Assembly (NCBI GenBank): GCA_034670305.1
Contig: JAXMNT010000001.1
Coordinates: 192,001-256,000 of the forward strand
Reading direction: 5' to 3'
DNA length: 64,000 bases
Source of the DNA: Deltaproteobacteria bacterium
GTDB taxonomy: Bacteria; Myxococcota_A; Polyangia; Polyangiales; Houyiibacteriaceae
Part shown: in pieces, positions 17,952 through 28,994 of the stretch
How the letters are laid out: every line of letters starts with the position of its first letter
Numbering within the stretch: position 1 is the first letter of the stretch
Notes under the pieces: model-generated
The model's database searches: none
What the model was told of the DNA's origin: nothing
Seen by the model: the letters and a program-made list of their open reading frames with translations, nothing else
Program-made: the position numbers and the translations under genes

Positions 17952-19969
17952 GCGCTGGCCCCTCCGCTGCCCATGGCGGTCGGTGCGGCTTTGGCGTCGC
18001 TGTCGCCGCGCTTTGAGATCTTGGTGGGGCCGGGCGTCTTCGACGGGTCGATGCGCTTCGGGGCGCGGGTGGCCCACCAGGCTTCGAGCAGCACGAGCAA
18101 GAGCAACACCCCGGCCACCCACGGCCAGGACTCGCGGTGTTCGCGCGGCGCCGAGAGCGCGGAGCGGGTGTCGTTGCCGCCCCGCGTGAACCGTGCCCGC
18201 GCGCTCAGGTCGCTCTCGCGTTCGTCGAGCAAGCTGCGCAGCGCGTGCAGCTCGCGGTCCCCGGTGCGGATGGCGTAGACGCCCGGATCCGCGCCGACCT
18301 CGACGATGGCGACGCCGCCGCGCGAACGCGCGACGAGGGTCCGGCCACTGGGCGTCGTGACCTGCACTTCTTCTCCATCGAGCGCGGGCACCCGGAGCGG
18401 TTCTCCGAGTGGCGCGACCGGGACGCCGCCGGCGGAGCGGCGCGCGCGCGCCCGCTCGAGCAAGTTGCGGAAGAACACCACGAACGAGGTGTGCGACGAC
18501 CAGTCGGTGCGGTCGGGATCGAACGCGAGGATGGTGCTCTCCCCGTTCGGGCGGCTGACGGAGACGACCGCGGCGCCCGCGTCGGTGTCCACGAGCACTC
18601 GGCCGGCGCCGCCTTCCAGGGGCCGCATCGTGCCGATGTGCACGTCGCTGAATCCGACGAATCGAAGCCGTGCGTCGCTCTCGTCCCAGGTCACGATGCG
18701 GGGCGCTTCGACCTCGGCGCCCACGCTGAGCTCGAAGGCCTGGTCGTCGACCGGCGCGAGCACGACGGAGTCCCCGGCTGGCGGCACGACCGGCGTGTCG
18801 CCGGTGTAGAGGAACAAGCCGTCGAGTGGGGGTTCGTCGGCGTCGCGTTCGGCGAGCGCGGTGAGCGAGGTGGCGAAGAGTTCGACGTCGGCGTCGGAGC
18901 GCAGCACCCGCTGGACCGAACGCGGCGCGGTCCCGACCAGGAACACCGGCAATCGGCGGGAGCCAGGACTCGGCACGACGGCGAGGTCGTCGAGCGAGAG
19001 GTCGTCGTCCAGTGCGCCGCCGTCTCCCGGGGCGATCGACACCCGGACCACCGCCGCGCGCCCGTCGGGGCTCGGCGGCAGGTCGGCGCCCATCACGATC
19101 GACTCGGTCGCGCCTGGTTCGATCGTGACCCGGCGGGACGCCACCACGCCCTCGCGTCCATCGATGGACGCGCTGACGAACACATCGCGCGCTTCGGCGC
19201 CGTGGTGGTGCACCCGCACGAACACGTCGCAGCGGTCGGGGCCTTCTCCGGTCCGCTGCCGCACGTCGGCGTCGATGATCGCGGTGTTCACGAAGGGCGC
19301 CGGGGTGCCATCCGGAGCTTCGTCGCGGACGAGCCGGACTTCCACCGGCGCCCCGGATTGGTCGAGCGCCATCTCGCCGTCTTCGGATCCGTCGGTGAGC
19401 AGCAAGACGTGCGAGCCGCCCGGGGCGTCGCGCAGCCGTTCCGCCGCCACCGCGACCGCGCCTTCCAGGTTGGCGTGGCCGCCGCGCACTTGGAGTTGTC
19501 CGATCGCCTGCTCGAGCGATGCGCGGTCGCTGGTGAGCGGCGCGAGCACGTCGCCTTCGGCGTTGGCTTCCACGAGCATCATGCGGCCGCCGGGAGGGAG
19601 GCTGCGTGCGATGTCGAGCGCCGCATCCCGCGCGTGGGTGAAGCGGGTGGAGTTGCCCTGGCGTGCGGCCATGGACGCGGAGGTGTCGACGACCACTGCG
19701 ACCCACGCGCCGCTCGGCACGCTGCCGGCACCGGCCGGCCGGGCGAGTGCGATCGCGCCCACCACGATCGCGAGGATCTGCAGGAGCAGCGAGACCTGGG
19801 GGATCAGCTTCTTCCACGGGCGCTCTGCGCGCATGTCGCGCAGCGCCTGCTCCCAGAGCAACGTCGAACCGATCACGCGGCGCTGGCGCCGACGTTTCAA
19901 GATGTACAACGCGACGAGCGGCACCAGCAGGCCGAGCCACAACAGCTGCATGGGTGCGAGGAAGGTCAT
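17948..19969 (-). CDS. BatA N-terminal / VWA domain protein
   Basis: F..P..L..L..LVPLVALYILK; VVVDTSASM; LLTDG; ERESDL; C-terminal TM. Confidence 0.85.
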   Translation of the reverse strand: MTFLAPMQLLWLGLLVPLVALYILKRRRQRRVIGSTLLWEQALRDMRAERPWKKLIPQVSLLLQILAIVVGAIALARPAGAGSVPSGAWVAVVVDTSASMAARQGNSTRFTHARDAALDIARSLPPGGRMMLVEANAEGDVLAPLTSDRASLEQAIGQLQVRGGHANLEGAVAVAAERLRDAPGGSHVLLLTDGSEDGEMALDQSGAPVEVRLVRDEAPDGTPAPFVNTAIIDADVRQRTGEGPDRCDVFVRVHHHGAEARDVFVSASIDGREGVVASRRVTIEPGATESIVMGADLPPSPDGRAAVVRVSIAPGDGGALDDDLSLDDLAVVPSPGSRRLPVFLVGTAPRSVQRVLRSDADVELFATSLTALAERDADEPPLDGLFLYTGDTPVVPPAGDSVVLAPVDDQAFELSVGAEVEAPRIVTWDESDARLRFVGFSDVHIGTMRPLEGGAGRVLVDTDAGAAVVSVSRPNGESTILAFDPDRTDWSSHTSFVVFFRNLLERARARRSAGGVPVAPLGEPLRVPALDGEEVQVTTPSGRTLVARSRGGVAIVEVGADPGVYAIRTGDRELHALRSLLDERESDLSARARFTRGGNDTRSALSAPREHRESWPWVAGVLLLLVLLEAWWATRAPKRIDPSKTPGPTKISKRGDSDAKAAPTAMGSGGASA

Positions 19970-20835
19970 GCGGCGCCCCGCAGGTACTCGAGGAGTGCCC
20001 CTTCGAGATCCACCTCGCCGAAGGCTGGGATGTACGAGATGCCGCGCCGGCGGCAGTACGCGGCGATCGACTCCACAAAGGCGGCGACCCGTTTCTGGTA
20101 CGCCTCGATCGCGCGGTGATCGAGTGAGACGTCGACCGCGGTACCCCGCTCGGAGTCGACCAAGCTGAAGTCGCCGCCAGGGGTGGGGCGCACCTCGTCT
20201 TCGGAGAGGACGTGGAAGATCACCGGCTCGTGCCGCTGCCCCATCAACCGATCGAGTGGCCGCTGATACCCGCCGGGGTCGAGCAGATCGCTGAGCAAGA
20301 CGACGAGTCCAGGACGCGGCCGCCGCGCGAGGAAGGTCTCGACGGTGCGCGCGAGGTCCGTTTCGCCCCCGGCGCTGAGCCCATCGAGGAACCGCAGCAC
20401 GTGGCCGATGCGGCCTTTGCCGCGCGTGGGTGCGAGCGGCGCGCCCATGCCGTCGGCGAAGGGCACCACGCCCACGCGCTCACTGCCGCTCAAACCCACG
20501 TATGCGAGCGCCGCGGCCAACCGTGCGGCGGTCTCGAGTTTGGGCGGCGTGCCGTGGCCGAGCGAGGCGCTGGTGTCGAGCAGGAGGTAGACGCTCAGAT
20601 CCTCTTCGGCGATGTAGAGCCGCAGCACGAGCTCCTCGAGCCGCGCGTACGCGTTCCAGTCGATGCGCCGGATGTCGTCCCCCGGTGCGTACGGCCGGTG
20701 GTCCGCGAACTCTACCGACTGTCCCTTGCGCGTCGACCGCCGCGCGCCACCGGCCGCACCCGCAAACCGTTTGCGCGCGAGCAGGCGCAAACGCGCGAGG
20801 CGCCGGATGAACTCGGGGTCGAGCAGCGAAGACAC
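19966..20835 (-). CDS. DUF58 domain protein
   Basis: [35 protein letters not shown]. Confidence 0.92.
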   Translation of the reverse strand: MSSLLDPEFIRRLARLRLLARKRFAGAAGGARRSTRKGQSVEFADHRPYAPGDDIRRIDWNAYARLEELVLRLYIAEEDLSVYLLLDTSASLGHGTPPKLETAARLAAALAYVGLSGSERVGVVPFADGMGAPLAPTRGKGRIGHVLRFLDGLSAGGETDLARTVETFLARRPRPGLVVLLSDLLDPGGYQRPLDRLMGQRHEPVIFHVLSEDEVRPTPGGDFSLVDSERGTAVDVSLDHRAIEAYQKRVAAFVESIAAYCRRRGISYIPAFGEVDLEGALLEYLRGAA

Positions 20836-20844
20836 AGACGTCGA

Positions 20845-22926
20845 TCAGTACTCAGGCGGCTCAGACGGCCGCACCCCCACCGCCCGAGGCTCACCGGAAT
20901 CAGAATCCGGCCCATCGGCATCGGAGTCGGCTCCAGAGTCGGAGTCGGAGTCGGAGTCGGAGTCGGAGTCGGATTCGGATTCGGATTCGGATTCGGCCTC
21001 GGAGTCGGCCTCGGCTTCGGCTTCGGCTTCGGCTTCGGTTTCGGATTCGGCTTCGGCTTCGGAAGCGGAAGCGGAAGCGGCTTCGGAACCGGAACCGGAA
21101 GCGGCTTCGGAAGCGGAAGCGGAAGCTCCAGGCTTCTCCCCCCCCGCCCACCGCTCGAGCCCGCCATCCATCGGCGCCGGTGGCGGGTTCGACGCCAACG
21201 CGGGCGGGATGAAACTCACCCGCGACCCGGCCGCCTCGGCCGCCGCCGCCTCGCGCTTCTCGCGTTGCACCGCCACCGCACTGGCGATCTTGCGAACGCG
21301 CGCTTCGAGCAGCACCCAGAAGAAGAGCGCGAGCAACCCGTAGACGACCACGGGCAGCAACACTTCGATCAGCCGGTGCACCTGGCCGTCATCCGCGATC
21401 TCGATCCCCAAAATGAGGTGCATGATCGGCGAGAACCGCACGAGCATGGGCGGGTCGTCGTCGAGGTTGTCGAGCGAGTCCGGGTTGATGATGACCGAGG
21501 CGAGCAGCGGCATCACGATCAGCACGAGCACCGTGGCGATGCTGAGGACCCGCGCGGCCACGCCGCTGCGCAACACCACCCGCAACCACGCGCCAAAGCT
21601 CGTGGTGAACAGGCACACCGCGGCGGTGCCGGCGGCGATGCACATGAGCCCCGCGTCGGACTGCAGGTGGTCGGGGTGCGATGGGAACATGTAGTAGCGC
21701 GCCGCCGATGCCGCGATGGCGCTGCCGAAGCTGGCCAGTACGATCATCAATCCGGCAAAGCGGGTGGTCGGCGCTGCGCCCGGGCCGAAGATGCCCAGCG
21801 CCTTGCGTGCGGTGCCCTGTTCCTGTCTGCGCAGCTCCCACAGGCGGGGCGGCAGCGGCGGCTCGTTGATGAACATCAACGCCAGGAAGAAGATCGGAAA
21901 CGACCAGAAGATGTTCATGCCCACGGCGGCTTCGGGGATGTCGTGGTGGTCCCACAGGGTCGTGGTGCCGAACATGATGCCGACCATGCCGACCGCCGCG
22001 ACGATGGCCCACCACTTGAACGGGGTGGACCGGTCTTCGGCGGTTGGACGCACTCCGGCGATGGCCGAGGCGAGGAAGAACCACACCAGCATCACCGAGA
22101 CGTAGATCGGGAGCACGCCGAGCAGCAGGAAGGTGTCGCCTTCGAAGAACCGGTTCGCGAGCGCTTCGGTGAACCAGAACGGCCCACTCATCGTCAGGTC
22201 CCAATCGCGCTCGGCGGCTTCGCCAAACGCGGCCAGGATCAGGGTGGCGATGAAGGAGCTCGGCACGAAGATGCCGAGCGAGAGCAGGATCGAAACCCGC
22301 GTCGAGGTGACCCGTGCGGAGAGCGCGATGCCGAGCGCGACCGCGGGGCCGAGCACGAGGATCAAGCCGTAGAAGCCGATGATCACGTGGAGCGGCGAGA
22401 TGCCGCCGAAGAGGAACGCGATGCCGACGATGGGCGCGAACGCGACCAGCACCAGGGAGAACATCCCGAACGAGGCGAGGAACTTGCCCCACACGATGCG
22501 GGCCGGATCCATGCCCGTGAGAATGAGGGACTCGTACGTGCCCATCTCCCGTTCGCCGGTGAGCGAGGTCGCGGCGTGCGCCGGTGCGACGAGGCAGAGC
22601 ACCATCAGCGCCATCGAGAAGAAGAACTGGAAGACGATCTGCCCGACCTGGGCCGGCGCCATCGATTGAGCTGCGATGGACGCGCCGCTGACCAGAACGA
22701 TCAGCGCGACGAGGCCAGTGCTCAAGTACAAGAAGCGGATGAAGAGCTTGGTGCGGAAGACCGTGCGCAGCTCTTTGACCAAGATCGGGTTCGGATCCCG
22801 GAACCACTCGCGGACGCTGGGCACGAGTCCGCGCTTCTTGGGCGGCGGAAGGCTGGCGCCGGCAGAGGGGTCGGCGGGTGCGCCGGGCTCAGGCACCGAA
22901 CTGGGGGTGGCGGTGGAGGTGCTCAT
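20845..22926 (-). CDS. ABC-2 type permease-like membrane protein with acidic repeat tail
   Basis: [18 protein letters not shown]....RIVWGKF; many TM segments; C-terminal EA/ES/DS repeats. Confidence 0.85.
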   Translation of the reverse strand: MSTSTATPSSVPEPGAPADPSAGASLPPPKKRGLVPSVREWFRDPNPILVKELRTVFRTKLFIRFLYLSTGLVALIVLVSGASIAAQSMAPAQVGQIVFQFFFSMALMVLCLVAPAHAATSLTGEREMGTYESLILTGMDPARIVWGKFLASFGMFSLVLVAFAPIVGIAFLFGGISPLHVIIGFYGLILVLGPAVALGIALSARVTSTRVSILLSLGIFVPSSFIATLILAAFGEAAERDWDLTMSGPFWFTEALANRFFEGDTFLLLGVLPIYVSVMLVWFFLASAIAGVRPTAEDRSTPFKWWAIVAAVGMVGIMFGTTTLWDHHDIPEAAVGMNIFWSFPIFFLALMFINEPPLPPRLWELRRQEQGTARKALGIFGPGAAPTTRFAGLMIVLASFGSAIAASAARYYMFPSHPDHLQSDAGLMCIAAGTAAVCLFTTSFGAWLRVVLRSGVAARVLSIATVLVLIVMPLLASVIINPDSLDNLDDDPPMLVRFSPIMHLILGIEIADDGQVHRLIEVLLPVVVYGLLALFFWVLLEARVRKIASAVAVQREKREAAAAEAAGSRVSFIPPALASNPPPAPMDGGLERWAGGEKPGASASASEAASGSGSEAASASASEAEAESETEAEAEAEAEADSEAESESESESDSDSDSDSDSDSGADSDADGPDSDSGEPRAVGVRPSEPPEY
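20935..21126. repeat. In-frame hexamer microsatellite in the permease 3' end
   Basis: (TCGGAG)n (TCGGAT)n (TCGGCT)n (GGAAGC)n. Confidence 0.9.
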
Positions 22927-23852
22927 TGGAGTTCGCCTCGGGTGACTTCGAGGAAGATGTGTTCGAGGTCGTCGCGTTCGGGTTCGACCCGCGTGACCTT
23001 GAGCCCCGCGCGCACCGCCTCGGCGACGATCTGAGAGACGGCTTCGTCGCCGCCGCTGTAGAGGATCCGGAGGAACCCTTCGGGGCCACGTTCGACGGCG
23101 GTCACGCAGGGGAGGGCGTGGAACGGTGCCTGGCACCCTTCGGGGTATTCGAGCAGACGCAGCTTCACCGCGCGCTCGGGCTTGAGCTGTTGGCCGATCC
23201 GGTCGACCGGACCCGAGGCGAGCACCCGGCCCTTTTCCAGGATCGCGACCGACGAGACCATGTCGGACAGCTCGGTGAGGATGTGGCTCGAGAGCACGAT
23301 GGTCTTGCCGAGTTGCTGAAGCTGCTCGATGAGATCGCGCATCTCGATGCGGGCGCGCGGGTCGAGTCCGTTGGCCGGCTCGTCGAGAATCAGGACCTTC
23401 GGATCGTGCAAGAGGGTGCGGGCGATCGCGAGCCGCTGCTTCATGCCCTTCGACATGGCGGCGACGAGTCGGTCGCGCAGGGGCCCGAGGTCGGTCAGCT
23501 CCATCACCGCGTCGATGTTTCGTTTGCGAGCGTTCGCGGGGATGTCGTACGCAGACGAGAAGAACTCGAGGTACTCGCCCACCGTGACTCGTTCGTAGAC
23601 GCCGAATCCATCCGGCATGAAGCCGAGAACCCGTCGTACGTCGACCGGTCGCTCGACCACATCGATGCCGTCGACGAGCACCCGGCCGTCGCCGGGTTCG
23701 AGCAACGTCGCGATCATGCGCAGGGTGGTGGTCTTGCCGGCACCGTTCGGACCGATGAACCCGAACACTTCGCCCTTGGGCACGTTGAACCAGACGTCGT
23801 GCAACACCTTGAGGTTGCCGAAGCCGTGAGAGACACCTTCGACGCGAATCAT
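22923..23852 (-). CDS. ABC transporter ATP-binding protein
   Basis: GPNGAGKTT, MSKGMKQ, LILDEP, SSH. Confidence 0.95.
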   Translation of the reverse strand: MIRVEGVSHGFGNLKVLHDVWFNVPKGEVFGFIGPNGAGKTTTLRMIATLLEPGDGRVLVDGIDVVERPVDVRRVLGFMPDGFGVYERVTVGEYLEFFSSAYDIPANARKRNIDAVMELTDLGPLRDRLVAAMSKGMKQRLAIARTLLHDPKVLILDEPANGLDPRARIEMRDLIEQLQQLGKTIVLSSHILTELSDMVSSVAILEKGRVLASGPVDRIGQQLKPERAVKLRLLEYPEGCQAPFHALPCVTAVERGPEGFLRILYSGGDEAVSQIVAEAVRAGLKVTRVEPERDDLEHIFLEVTRGELQ

Positions 23853-25921
23853 TCTTCGAGCTCCATCGAGTCGCGGAACTGGTCGAACTGGTTCTGGAAC
23901 TGGGTGTCGAGCGCCTCCTGCGGAACGGCGGGGGCGCGGGCGGCGCGCGGGACGACCCGGACGAACCGGACGTCCTCTTCGGTCACGAAGTGCTCCCCTT
24001 CGACGTGCGGCTCGGATGCGATGCGCCCGTAGAGCACCGGCATCTGGGTGGAGATGCTGCCGCCCATCGTCTGCACGAGCCCGTACACCACGTCGGTGTC
24101 TTCGGCCGGGTCGAGCCCGAACGCGCGACAGAGATCACGGACTTCGTGGTCGCTCGAACCCCAGAACATCTGGCTGTCGCCGCCGAGCGTCATGCTCGCA
24201 GTTCCGGGGATGGGCGACGAACGCCCCGAGGGGACATCGCCCACGGGGTACACGTTGCCACCGATGTCGACGACGAAGGCGTCGAGCAGGTCGGTGGCCG
24301 ACCCGTTGTGCACGGCGCTCAGGTGGTTGTCGGTCCGCTCGAATCGAACGCCCGTGCCGCCGAGATCGGCGATGCGTTCCTGGCGCATGAAGAGCGTCTC
24401 CCAGAGTCCGCCTTGCATGCCTTCGAGCACCGGTCGGTCGCCGGAATGCACGATGGCCGGCGCGCGCGAGCCGCCGGCTTCGAGCAGCTCCGCAGAGCCG
24501 TGTTCGGGCATGGCCAAGTCGAAGCTGGTGGGACGGGTGAGGAAGAAGCCGACGTAGCGCCGCTCGGGTCCACTGGCGTCGTTCTCCATCAACTCGTGCA
24601 TGGACACCGCCCGATACCTCATCGTCGTGCCCTTGCCGATGTACCCCACCCCGAGCAGCACGAGCAGGCACCCGAGCGCGATGATCGGAGTGCTGACGAG
24701 CGCGAGGATCGGTCGGTTCTTCTTGCCAATGTAGTTGAAGTTGATCGGTCCGACGAAGAACACGTAGAGCAGCAGCACCACGGCGACGAGCCCGAGCGCC
24801 GGCCGGAACGATTCGTTGGGGTCGAGGGCGGGACGCATGGTCGAGAAGTCGCTCTGGTTGTCCATCCACGGTTCGCGGTTCGCTTCCCGCGCGCCGAATC
24901 GGTAGAAGGGCACCGTTTGTCCAGGCAGGTTCGTGCGCGCGCCCAGCACGGTCTCCACCGCGCGGCGGGTGGCCGGGTCGTCGACGAGTGCTTCTTCGGT
25001 CGCGCCGTCGAACGCGGCGACGAAGACCATGCCGAACCCGAGCGGCGCCGAGACGCCGAAGTGTTCGTGCGAGACCAGGCTGTCGGGCGGCACGGTCATC
25101 ATCCGGCCGCGCGCGACCTCGGGGACCAAGGTGTAGGCGTCGCCGTTCACCCATTCGACCGGCCCGAGAATGGCGCCGAGCGTCGGCGCTTGAACGTCCT
25201 CTTCGGTTCGGGGAAAGACGAGCATGGCGCCGCCGGTCCGAACCCAATCCAGCAGCGCGTCGGTCTGCTCGGGGTCGAGCCGTTCGAGCGCGGGGGCAGA
25301 CGCCACCACGAGCTCCACACCGGACCACGCGATCGCTTCGCGCGGTACGAGAGGGTCCCCGGTGTCGGGATCGAAGGAGACGGTGCCCACCGGCAGGTTC
25401 ACCATGCGGCTGCCGCCGTAGGGTTCGTGCTGTTCGTCCTGCAGGTCGAGGATTGCGCCGCGAAGTCGGGGCGGATCGGAGAGCACGACGATGCCTCGCG
25501 CGGAGGCGTTGTACCCGACGCCGACTTGGCCTGCGCCGAGTTCGGTGCCGCCGTCGACGAACTGGACCGCGACGTCGCCGCCGTCCCGCACGTGCATGGC
25601 GAGTTGTACCCGGCGGGTGGCGCGCGGCGGCAGGTCCACCGGAATGCGATGTTCTGGACCGCGGTTGCGCCAGTCCCGGATCTTCGCGTGCACCACGCCG
25701 CTGAGCTCCCGCTCGGTGCGGTTCTCCAGGGTGATGAGCATGGGGGCCCATCCTTGAGGCGGGGTCACGTCGTCGCCGAAGAGTCCGCTCACGGTGACGT
25801 TCACCGGTCCGCGGCGTTGGCCCGGCGGCTGCGCGTCGGCTGGGCTGGCGGCGACCGCCGCGGCGATCGCGAGGAACGCGACCAGGATGCTGGACGCGGT
25901 CCGCAAGAGGGCAGGTCTCAT
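23849..25921 (-). CDS. Hypothetical membrane protein of the MoxR/VWA cluster
   Basis: Signal peptide; WVRTGG GATase-like segment; LYVFFVGPINF TM pair. Confidence 0.75.
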   Translation of the reverse strand: MRPALLRTASSILVAFLAIAAAVAASPADAQPPGQRRGPVNVTVSGLFGDDVTPPQGWAPMLITLENRTERELSGVVHAKIRDWRNRGPEHRIPVDLPPRATRRVQLAMHVRDGGDVAVQFVDGGTELGAGQVGVGYNASARGIVVLSDPPRLRGAILDLQDEQHEPYGGSRMVNLPVGTVSFDPDTGDPLVPREAIAWSGVELVVASAPALERLDPEQTDALLDWVRTGGAMLVFPRTEEDVQAPTLGAILGPVEWVNGDAYTLVPEVARGRMMTVPPDSLVSHEHFGVSAPLGFGMVFVAAFDGATEEALVDDPATRRAVETVLGARTNLPGQTVPFYRFGAREANREPWMDNQSDFSTMRPALDPNESFRPALGLVAVVLLLYVFFVGPINFNYIGKKNRPILALVSTPIIALGCLLVLLGVGYIGKGTTMRYRAVSMHELMENDASGPERRYVGFFLTRPTSFDLAMPEHGSAELLEAGGSRAPAIVHSGDRPVLEGMQGGLWETLFMRQERIADLGGTGVRFERTDNHLSAVHNGSATDLLDAFVVDIGGNVYPVGDVPSGRSSPIPGTASMTLGGDSQMFWGSSDHEVRDLCRAFGLDPAEDTDVVYGLVQTMGGSISTQMPVLYGRIASEPHVEGEHFVTEEDVRFVRVVPRAARAPAVPQEALDTQFQNQFDQFRDSMELEE

Positions 25922-25925
25922 CGGT

Positions 25926-26948
25926 TCAGCTCGCAATCGCTCGGGCTCCGTCGGAGACCTTGGGCACCTCTTCGAGGAGCCGATCCAAAATGGCGTCGGT
26001 GGAGATGCCATCCGCCTCCGCCTCGAAGTTCGGAATGAGTCGGTGTCGCAGGGCGGGGTGAGCCACCCGATGCACGTCGTCGAACGAGACGTGGGAACGT
26101 CCAGCCACGAGCGCGGCGACCTTCGCGCTGAGGAGGATCGCCTGTGCACCCCGCACCCCGGCGCCGTAGCGGAGCAGTTCCCGGGCGGCGGGCGCGGGCG
26201 CCTCGGTCGTCGGATCGCTCGCTCGAACGAAGCGGGCGACGTAGCGTGTGATCGGTTCGGCGACTTTCACTTCGCGCACCAGCCCTCGCATCTCAAGGAT
26301 GCGCGGACCGTCCACCACCTTCGGGACCTCTGGGGTCTCGGTGCCGGTGGTCCGATCGAGAATGCCCACGAGGGTGTCTTCGTCGGGCGAGTGGACGAAC
26401 ACCTTGAAGAGGAACCGGTCGAGCTGAGCTTCCGGGAGTGGGTACGTGCCTTCCATCTCGATCGGGTTCTCGGTCGCGAGCACGACGAAGGGTTGGTCGA
26501 GTGCGTGGCGTTCGCCAGCGATGGTGCACGACCCTTCCGCCATGGCTTCGAGCAACGCGCTCTGGGTCTTCGGGGTGGCGCGGTTGATCTCGTCGGCAAG
26601 CACGAGCTGTCCGAAGATGGGCCCTTTCTGGAGCTCGAAGCGCTTCCGACCTTCGTCTTCGACGATCATGTTCGTTCCGACGATGTCCGCGGGCATCAGG
26701 TCGGGCGTGAACTGGATGCGGGAGAACTCGAGTTGCATCGCCCGCGCCAGCGTGCGCACGAGCAGGGTCTTGCCGAGACCGGGCGCGCCTTCGAGCAGCG
26801 CGTGCCCTCCGGCGAAGAGGCAGATCAGCACCTCTTCGACGACGCTCTCCTGTCCCACCACGACCTGGCCGACGGCCTCTCGCAGGGCTTGGGCGGTCTT
26901 CTGAAATTCTGCGATCCGCGACTGCGCGTCGCTTGTTCCGTCCGTCAT
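25926..26948 (-). CDS. MoxR family AAA+ ATPase
   Basis: LLEGAPGLGKT, RIQFTPDLMPADI, DEINRATPKTQSALLEAM, EGTYPLPEAQLDRF. Confidence 0.95.
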   Translation of the reverse strand: MTDGTSDAQSRIAEFQKTAQALREAVGQVVVGQESVVEEVLICLFAGGHALLEGAPGLGKTLLVRTLARAMQLEFSRIQFTPDLMPADIVGTNMIVEDEGRKRFELQKGPIFGQLVLADEINRATPKTQSALLEAMAEGSCTIAGERHALDQPFVVLATENPIEMEGTYPLPEAQLDRFLFKVFVHSPDEDTLVGILDRTTGTETPEVPKVVDGPRILEMRGLVREVKVAEPITRYVARFVRASDPTTEAPAPAARELLRYGAGVRGAQAILLSAKVAALVAGRSHVSFDDVHRVAHPALRHRLIPNFEAEADGISTDAILDRLLEEVPKVSDGARAIAS

Positions 26949-27075
26949 TCGATTCCTGCAGTCGTGGGGGGCGTTGGGGTCATGCTCGACGTGTCTTCGC
27001 GGCGCGAGGTCGCCAAGGAGCACAACGGGTGCGCGTCCGGGTCGGCGCGAGTGTACGTGGAGGGAGGGGGCGTCG

Positions 27076-28863
27076 TCAGCGACCTTCGCCGAAGAACGTC
27101 CGTACGTGTTCGCGGTAATCCTCGGGAATGGGCGCGCGCTCGATGCCGCCAGCTTCTCCGCTCACGGCTTCACCGGTCGCACCACCGGTTCCTTCGGCGC
27201 GCCCCGCGACGGGGGTGCCGTCGGGGTTGACCCACTCGGTCCAACTGCGCCCAGGGGCACCGGGGCCGATCATGGGGCGGACCCGGGCGAGTGGACCTTC
27301 GGGGGCGCCGTTGTGCTCGCGGGTTTGACCGCCGCGTTCGCCAGGCCCGCCGCCTTGGCCACCGGTGCCGCCCGCGCCCGCTCCGCCGCCGTTTCCGTTC
27401 CCGTTCCCGTTCCCGTTCCCGTTCCCGTTCCCGTTTCCGTTTCCGTTCCCGTTTCCGTTTCCGTTCCCGTTTCCGTTCCCGTTTCCGTTTCCGTTCCCGT
27501 TTCCGTTTCCGTTTCCGTTCCCGTTTCCGTTTCCGTTTCCGTTGCCCTGACCGGGCATCGGCATGCCGCCTTGGCCGGCTCCGCCAGTCTGCGCTTGCAG
27601 GTCGTCGAGGTGTTCGAGTGCTTCGCGGAGCATGCGTTCGTATTCGTCGGCGCTGATCGGTTGTCCGCCGCCCGCTTCGGCATTCTGTTGCGCGGCGTCG
27701 TTTTCCGCGGCTTGGGCGTTTCGGAGCGCCTCGGCGAGTCGCTCGCGTTCTTCCGCACTCAAGCGGCTCCAGGCGTCGCGCATCGCGTCGACCATCTCCT
27801 GGGTGAGCTCGCTGCCATCGCCGTCCCGTTCGAGCCGTTCGAGCTGGCGGCGCACTCCGTCGCCCTGCATCTCCGGCATCGCCTCCGAGAGTTCGCGCGC
27901 GAGCTCTGCTTGCTGGCTGCGTCGGTCGAGCAACCGCTCTCGGTTCAAGAGCGATTCCGCCAGCGCTTCGTCGCCTTCTTCGCGTGCGGCTTCGGCGGCT
28001 TGTTGAAGGGCCTGTCGCGCGGCGTCCCGGTCCGCCTGTTCGCGTTGCGCGGCGGCACGCTCCACGGCCCGATCGAGCGACTCGAGATCCCGCTCTGCGA
28101 GTGCACGCGCCATCTCGGGCTGCGACTCGAGTGCGTCCACAGCGGCGTCGCGGGCGCGCCGCTCTTCTGGGGTCACCGGGCGCCGGGTCTCCTCGACCCG
28201 CTCGCGCAGCGCGTCGAGGGCATCGAGCGCTTCCCGCTGCTCGAGTCCTTCCGCCAGTTGGTGCCGCAGCTCGGCCGCTTCCCGCGCCAACTCCTCGAGT
28301 TCGCGCTCGTGTTCCTCATCCCGAGCGAAGTCCTGCAGACGTTCGATGCGGCGAAGTGCATCGGCGTCGTCGATCTGGACTTCGGTCGGCGCGGGTCCGG
28401 TCGTCTCGGGGGGCGGCACCGGCACGAAGAGCGCAGCCACGAAGAACGTCCCGGCGAAGGGCACGCTCCAGAGGTGGTTGCCGAAGACCCGTGGTCGGAC
28501 GTCCTTGGCCTTGGCCGCCGACAGCTTGGACTCGGCCGCTGCGACCGCCATGGCGCCGAACTCGTCGGGCTGTGCGCCGAGGCCCCATGCGGTCACGATG
28601 CTGGCACCGGCATCGAGTTGTTCGTCGACGTAGAGGACCAGGTCGGACTCGCTGGGCAACTTTCGGATCGCCCAGATCAATCCGGCGATCGGTCCAAGCG
28701 CGAGCAGGGCGAGACCAGGCCAGCGAGGCCACGTGGGCAGGCCGAGCGCCACCACGAGCAGCAACGCCCCGAGCACCACGGCGACCGTCACGCTCACGGA
28801 CACGACGCGCCGAGCCAAGAGGGCCCTGCGAATGGTGGCGATCAGTGGGTGAAGTCGGTTCAT
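27076..28863 (-). CDS. Membrane-anchored coiled-coil protein with (GN)n tract (start uncertain)
   Basis: N-terminal TM segments; long E/R/A helical region; C-terminal IPEDYREHVRTFF. Confidence 0.75.
   Translation of the reverse strand: MNRLHPLIATIRRALLARRVVSVSVTVAVVLGALLLVVALGLPTWPRWPGLALLALGPIAGLIWAIRKLPSESDLVLYVDEQLDAGASIVTAWGLGAQPDEFGAMAVAAAESKLSAAKAKDVRPRVFGNHLWSVPFAGTFFVAALFVPVPPPETTGPAPTEVQIDDADALRRIERLQDFARDEEHERELEELAREAAELRHQLAEGLEQREALDALDALRERVEETRRPVTPEERRARDAAVDALESQPEMARALAERDLESLDRAVERAAAQREQADRDAARQALQQAAEAAREEGDEALAESLLNRERLLDRRSQQAELARELSEAMPEMQGDGVRRQLERLERDGDGSELTQEMVDAMRDAWSRLSAEERERLAEALRNAQAAENDAAQQNAEAGGGQPISADEYERMLREALEHLDDLQAQTGGAGQGGMPMPGQGNGNGNGNGNGNGNGNGNGNGNGNGNGNGNGNGNGNGNGNGNGNGNGNGNGNGGGAGAGGTGGQGGGPGERGGQTREHNGAPEGPLARVRPMIGPGAPGRSWTEWVNPDGTPVAGRAEGTGGATGEAVSGEAGGIERAPIPEDYREHVRTFFGEGR
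27390..27545. repeat. (CCGTTY)n hexamer tract encoding Gly-Asn repeats
   Basis: About 25 hexamer units, in frame. Confidence 0.95.
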
Positions 28864-28994
28864 GAGAAAGTAGACACGCGGCGAAGCGTGCAGCTTGGCC
28901 TGGTTCAGGGAACGGACGGGGGGAAGCATACCTTCCCTCAGCGCTCGAACGAACGCTGGAGTCCGTGCCGGCTTTGCACGGTTCTCACGGATCG

